Assembly: GCA_963790475.1 (NCBI GenBank)
Contig: CAWBOS010000010.1
Location: 768,001 to 832,000 of the forward strand
From: an uncultured delta proteobacterium
Lineage (GTDB): Bacteria > Desulfobacterota > RBG-13-43-22
Length of the DNA stretch: 64,000 nt
Direction: 5' to 3'
Below the pieces are notes generated by a model. It made no database searches and was not told the origin of the DNA. It was given only the letters and a program-made list of their open reading frames with translations. The translations under genes were made by a program, and so were the position numbers. Positions 60,934 to 64,000 of this stretch are shown one piece after another (positions within the stretch are counted from its first letter, which is position 1; every line of letters starts with the position of its first letter).

Positions 60934-61210
60934 TTATCTTGAGCTCAAATAGCCATCCAGCCAGCCCAAGACTTTCTCCCAGATTTCGGCATTCCCGTAT
61001 GCTGCCTGGGCGCGCCCGATGAAGCCTTCATCTCGAACGGTCACGAGCGTGCCGTTTGATGGTAGACGCCGGGATATTTCCACCATTGCTCTACCTCATT
61101 CGTAGTGAGAGCACGGAAGACCTGTTCCGGTGTTCCAGCCACTTCGGCGACTGCCAGGATCATCCCACCGATGCCATCAGCTACTGCTTTGGGACTTTTC
61201 TTGGATTCAG
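60934..61210 (-). pseudogene. SRPBCC/Aha1-like remnant with internal deletion
   Basis: EVAGTPEQVFRALTTNEVEQWW, then in another frame GTLVTVRDEGF...WEKVLGWLDGYL; no start codon. Confidence 0.6.
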
Positions 61211-61213
61211 TTC

Positions 61214-62332
61214 TTATCGATTATCAAGAGCGGCTTCTATCTCTTCGCGTACCAGGCCCTGGGAATTTGGCAGGGCAGCCGATAAGACCTTCTTGGCTTC
61301 CGGACCGCCGATGCGCCCCAGGGCCCAGGCGATCATACCCTGAACCCGTTCGTCGCTATTTTCCCGGAAGGCCCTGGCCAGTTCCGGAATATATTTTTCA
61401 TCCAGGCTGTTGCCCATGGCCCGGGCGACATTCATCTTCCACCGCCAGAGTTCGTTTTCCGACATATAGAACATATGGGGCCAGATGAGGGATTTAAAAT
61501 ATTCCCTGTCCATATGGAGAAGTTTTTCCAGCTTGAAGTCTTCCACCATGGCTTCCACCTTTTTGTTTATAGGCAGTTCCCTGGCCAGCCAGGGGGCATT
61601 CCGGGGACAGACGTTTTGGCAGTGGTCGCAGCCGTAAACCCTTAAGCCCATGGGTTCCCGCAATTCCAGGGGGGTGATGCCCTGGCCGTAATAACTCAGA
61701 TAGGAGATACACTTACGAGGGTCGAGATGACGGGGGCCTCTCAAAGCCCCGGTCGGGCAGGCGGTCAGGCAGGTGTTTTTGCACCAGTCCGGACAGCCGA
61801 TTTCCATCGTAGGTTCATTCGGAGGAAATTCTTGATCCACTGCCAGGGAAATCAGCGTCACCCATGACCCTCTGGCGGCCAGTTTATTGGAATAGAACAA
61901 GCAATTTTTCCCGTAGGTTCCCAAGCCGGCTCGGGCAGCGGCGATCTTTTGAGGAAGTTGGGGCGGAATCTTGGAGACTATTCCATTCTCGGTGAGGAAA
62001 TCGCGAAAAGTCTTTGTCCGTTTGGAGAGATCTTTCTTGATGATCCGGTCGTCATCCAGGTAGCAGCGACCAAAATATCGTTCCAGGATGTCGGGAAAGG
62101 CCTGGCTGAAATAGGACTCCACCAGTACGATGACGGATTTCGCCTGGGGGAAAACGGCCTTTGGATCGGTACCGGCCCACAGGTCCAGTCCGGATTTGGC
62201 TACCCATTCATAGGCCGGCCGCCGTTCACTCAAAACAGTTTTCTGAACGTCAAAGGGTTCAGCCGTAGTAAAGCCGATATCCCCGAAGCCGCATTCGTAG
62301 GCCTTTTCGATGATTTCTTTTTTGCTGACCAT
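61214..62332 (-). CDS. QueG-like epoxyqueuosine reductase family Fe-S protein
   Basis: AARAGLGTYGKN, CPDWCKNTCLTACPTGAL, CISY, YGCDHCQNVCPRN, C-terminal HEAT-like repeats. Confidence 0.85.
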   Translation of the reverse strand: MVSKKEIIEKAYECGFGDIGFTTAEPFDVQKTVLSERRPAYEWVAKSGLDLWAGTDPKAVFPQAKSVIVLVESYFSQAFPDILERYFGRCYLDDDRIIKKDLSKRTKTFRDFLTENGIVSKIPPQLPQKIAAARAGLGTYGKNCLFYSNKLAARGSWVTLISLAVDQEFPPNEPTMEIGCPDWCKNTCLTACPTGALRGPRHLDPRKCISYLSYYGQGITPLELREPMGLRVYGCDHCQNVCPRNAPWLARELPINKKVEAMVEDFKLEKLLHMDREYFKSLIWPHMFYMSENELWRWKMNVARAMGNSLDEKYIPELARAFRENSDERVQGMIAWALGRIGGPEAKKVLSAALPNSQGLVREEIEAALDNR

Positions 62333-62485
62333 TGATTAATTCTCCGTTCATAAATAGTAGAGACTCTATCAGATCGGGCTTAACTTTTCCTCTTTTTTTT
62401 ATCCTTGACTCCTTTTCCACCGTCCTCTTATAATCTCAACCGACCTATATCGTTAATTTTCCCTTATAAAGCAGAGTAGAGGGTT

Positions 62486-63400
62486 ATGCCGACTTCATCA
62501 AAAGCATGGGGAGGGCTGTTGGTTGTTTTGCTGGTCCTTCTGCTTATTCCCTTGGTGGTGTATTTTCGGGTGCCGAAGCCTTGCCGGGATCCGATAACCT
62601 ATCACATCGGGAAAGTGGATGAAAGATTCACCCTGACCCGTCAGGAATTCGAGAGGATCATCCATACGGCCGCGGCCATGTGGGGGAAACCCATTTTCCG
62701 CGATCTATTTCGAGAAGACCCCAATGGCAGTATTGAGATCAATCTCGTTTATGACTACCGGCAAGAAGCAACCAACCGTTTAAAAAAGCTTAATTATAAG
62801 ATCGATTATTCGAAGAACTCTTATGAAGAACTCAAGACACGCCTGGAAAACCTAAAGACTGAATTTGAACAAAAGGACGCCACCCTGATCAATGACCTTA
62901 ATGACTACCAGGCACGGGTAAACGCTTTTAATACGGAAGCGGAGTCCTGGAACCAGCGCGGCGGAGCGCCTGAAAGTATCCTTCCGAAGCTGACCAAAGA
63001 GAAAAATGAATTGGATGCCCTGCGCGACCCTCTGAACCTTCGCCGGGAAGAGTTGAAAGAATTGACGGATACCATCAACAGCCTGATTGTGGTCATCAAT
63101 GAAATCGCTTCCAATTATAACCTGGATTTAGTAGACCAACAGAACACCGGAAAGACATTGGGCCGAGAGTTTTACGAAGGATTATATGAGAATAAAAACG
63201 GCCGCCAGACCATCACCATTTATCAATTCGATGACTCCGATCGCTTGGTCCGCGTCCTGGCCCATGAATTCGGCCATGCCCTGGGTTTGGAGCACAGCAA
63301 CAATGAGGAGGCCGTGATGTACCGGCTGAATAGATCCCATTCTCTGGAGCTTGACCCGGATGATGTGGTCTTGTTGAGGAGACGATGTAAAATTCAGTAG
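62486..63400 (+). CDS. Matrixin-like (M10) metalloprotease with coiled-coil insertion
   Basis: N-terminal TM, HEFGHALGLEH, Met-turn AVMY. Confidence 0.88.
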   Translation: MPTSSKAWGGLLVVLLVLLLIPLVVYFRVPKPCRDPITYHIGKVDERFTLTRQEFERIIHTAAAMWGKPIFRDLFREDPNGSIEINLVYDYRQEATNRLKKLNYKIDYSKNSYEELKTRLENLKTEFEQKDATLINDLNDYQARVNAFNTEAESWNQRGGAPESILPKLTKEKNELDALRDPLNLRREELKELTDTINSLIVVINEIASNYNLDLVDQQNTGKTLGREFYEGLYENKNGRQTITIYQFDDSDRLVRVLAHEFGHALGLEHSNNEEAVMYRLNRSHSLELDPDDVVLLRRRCKIQ

Positions 63401-63489
63401 GCTGAAGACTGAAGTCCGAAGGTTGAAGGACTTGGTTGAAAACCATTTTGCTTCCTTTCTCCCGGCCTTCCACCTTCAGTCTTCAGCCT
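63399..63489. repeat. Heptamer-built inverted repeat between convergent genes
   Basis: AGGCTGAAGACTGAAG (63399-63414) / CTTCAGTCTTCAGCCT (63474-63489). Confidence 0.7.
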
Positions 63490-63493
63490 GTTT

Positions 63494-64000
63494 TTATTCT
63501 CCAACTGCCACTGGAATCCCTGATCTTTCCAGATGCGAGCGGACTTCCTCTACCTTTTTTTTGCTGAACATTTTGACGCCTGGCATCGGTATTTTCCGGC
63601 CCAGATTCAAATATTTCCCATCCCCGTAACGATTAAAGGGTAAAAGAGAAATTTTTTCCGCCCCTGTTTCCCGGGCCAGGGCAATCACCTTGTCTAAGTT
63701 TTCTTGGGAATCGTTATACCCGGGGATGATCGGCAGTCTTAGCCAGATTTTGATGTTCCCGGGGATCCGGCGCAAATTGGAAAGGGGCAAGGCATTGCTT
63801 TTCCCGGTGCCCCGGGTATGGGCTTTGGGGTCCATATGCTTGATGTCAAACAAAACCAGGTCCAGATACTCGAGCAGCTTTTCTAAAACAGACCAGGACC
63901 CGTAGCCGCTGGTATCCAAAGTAGTGTGCAACCCCCGTTCCTTGCAGGCCCTTAATAACTCGAGGACAAAAGGGCCTTGGGACAGCGGTTCTCCGCCGGA
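63494..64000 (-). CDS. Glycyl-radical enzyme activating protein (5'-partial)
   Basis: SGGEPL at the window edge, HTTLDTSG, FDIKHMD, RLPIIPGYND, LLPF..G..KY. Confidence 0.88.
   Translation of the reverse strand, partial: SGGEPLSQGPFVLELLRACKERGLHTTLDTSGYGSWSVLEKLLEYLDLVLFDIKHMDPKAHTRGTGKSNALPLSNLRRIPGNIKIWLRLPIIPGYNDSQENLDKVIALARETGAEKISLLPFNRYGDGKYLNLGRKIPMPGVKMFSKKKVEEVRSHLERSGIPVAVGE

Overview
Bacterial chromosomal window, most likely from an anaerobic Desulfobacterota (deltaproteobacterial) genome; this is inferred from gene content only. 1-5831 is the right-hand part of a very compact Mu-like transposable element: MuB-type ATPase, HTH protein, a riboswitch/attenuator-like RNA, a tape-measure-like protein, a stand-alone Mu gpT-like major capsid protein, an ImmA/IrrE-like peptidase, a Zn-ribbon protein and a transposase-binding-site end. 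No terminase, portal, protease, tail tube or lysis genes are present, so it is a candidate transposable phage satellite. Housekeeping and metabolic genes follow: smc, ftsY, an M16 peptidase pair, phoU, a thiolase/acyl-CoA dehydrogenase/cobO/isobutyryl-CoA-mutase-type cluster, UPF0182, skp, a DD-carboxypeptidase and a DmpA-like peptidase. Further right are a possible small secreted selenoprotein, a nosZ-less NosL/ABC/CusBA copper-type cluster, tatA, dedA, a solute-binding protein and a cytoplasmic DmsAB-like pair. The right third is an accessory zone with a MITE inserted in a hairpin, a precisely bounded 2.1-kb two-tyrosine-recombinase element, decayed integron-like cassettes, a queG-like gene, a matrixin and a partial glycyl-radical activase. 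No rRNA, tRNA or CRISPR array was seen. All calls come from reading motifs by eye; no database searches were run.
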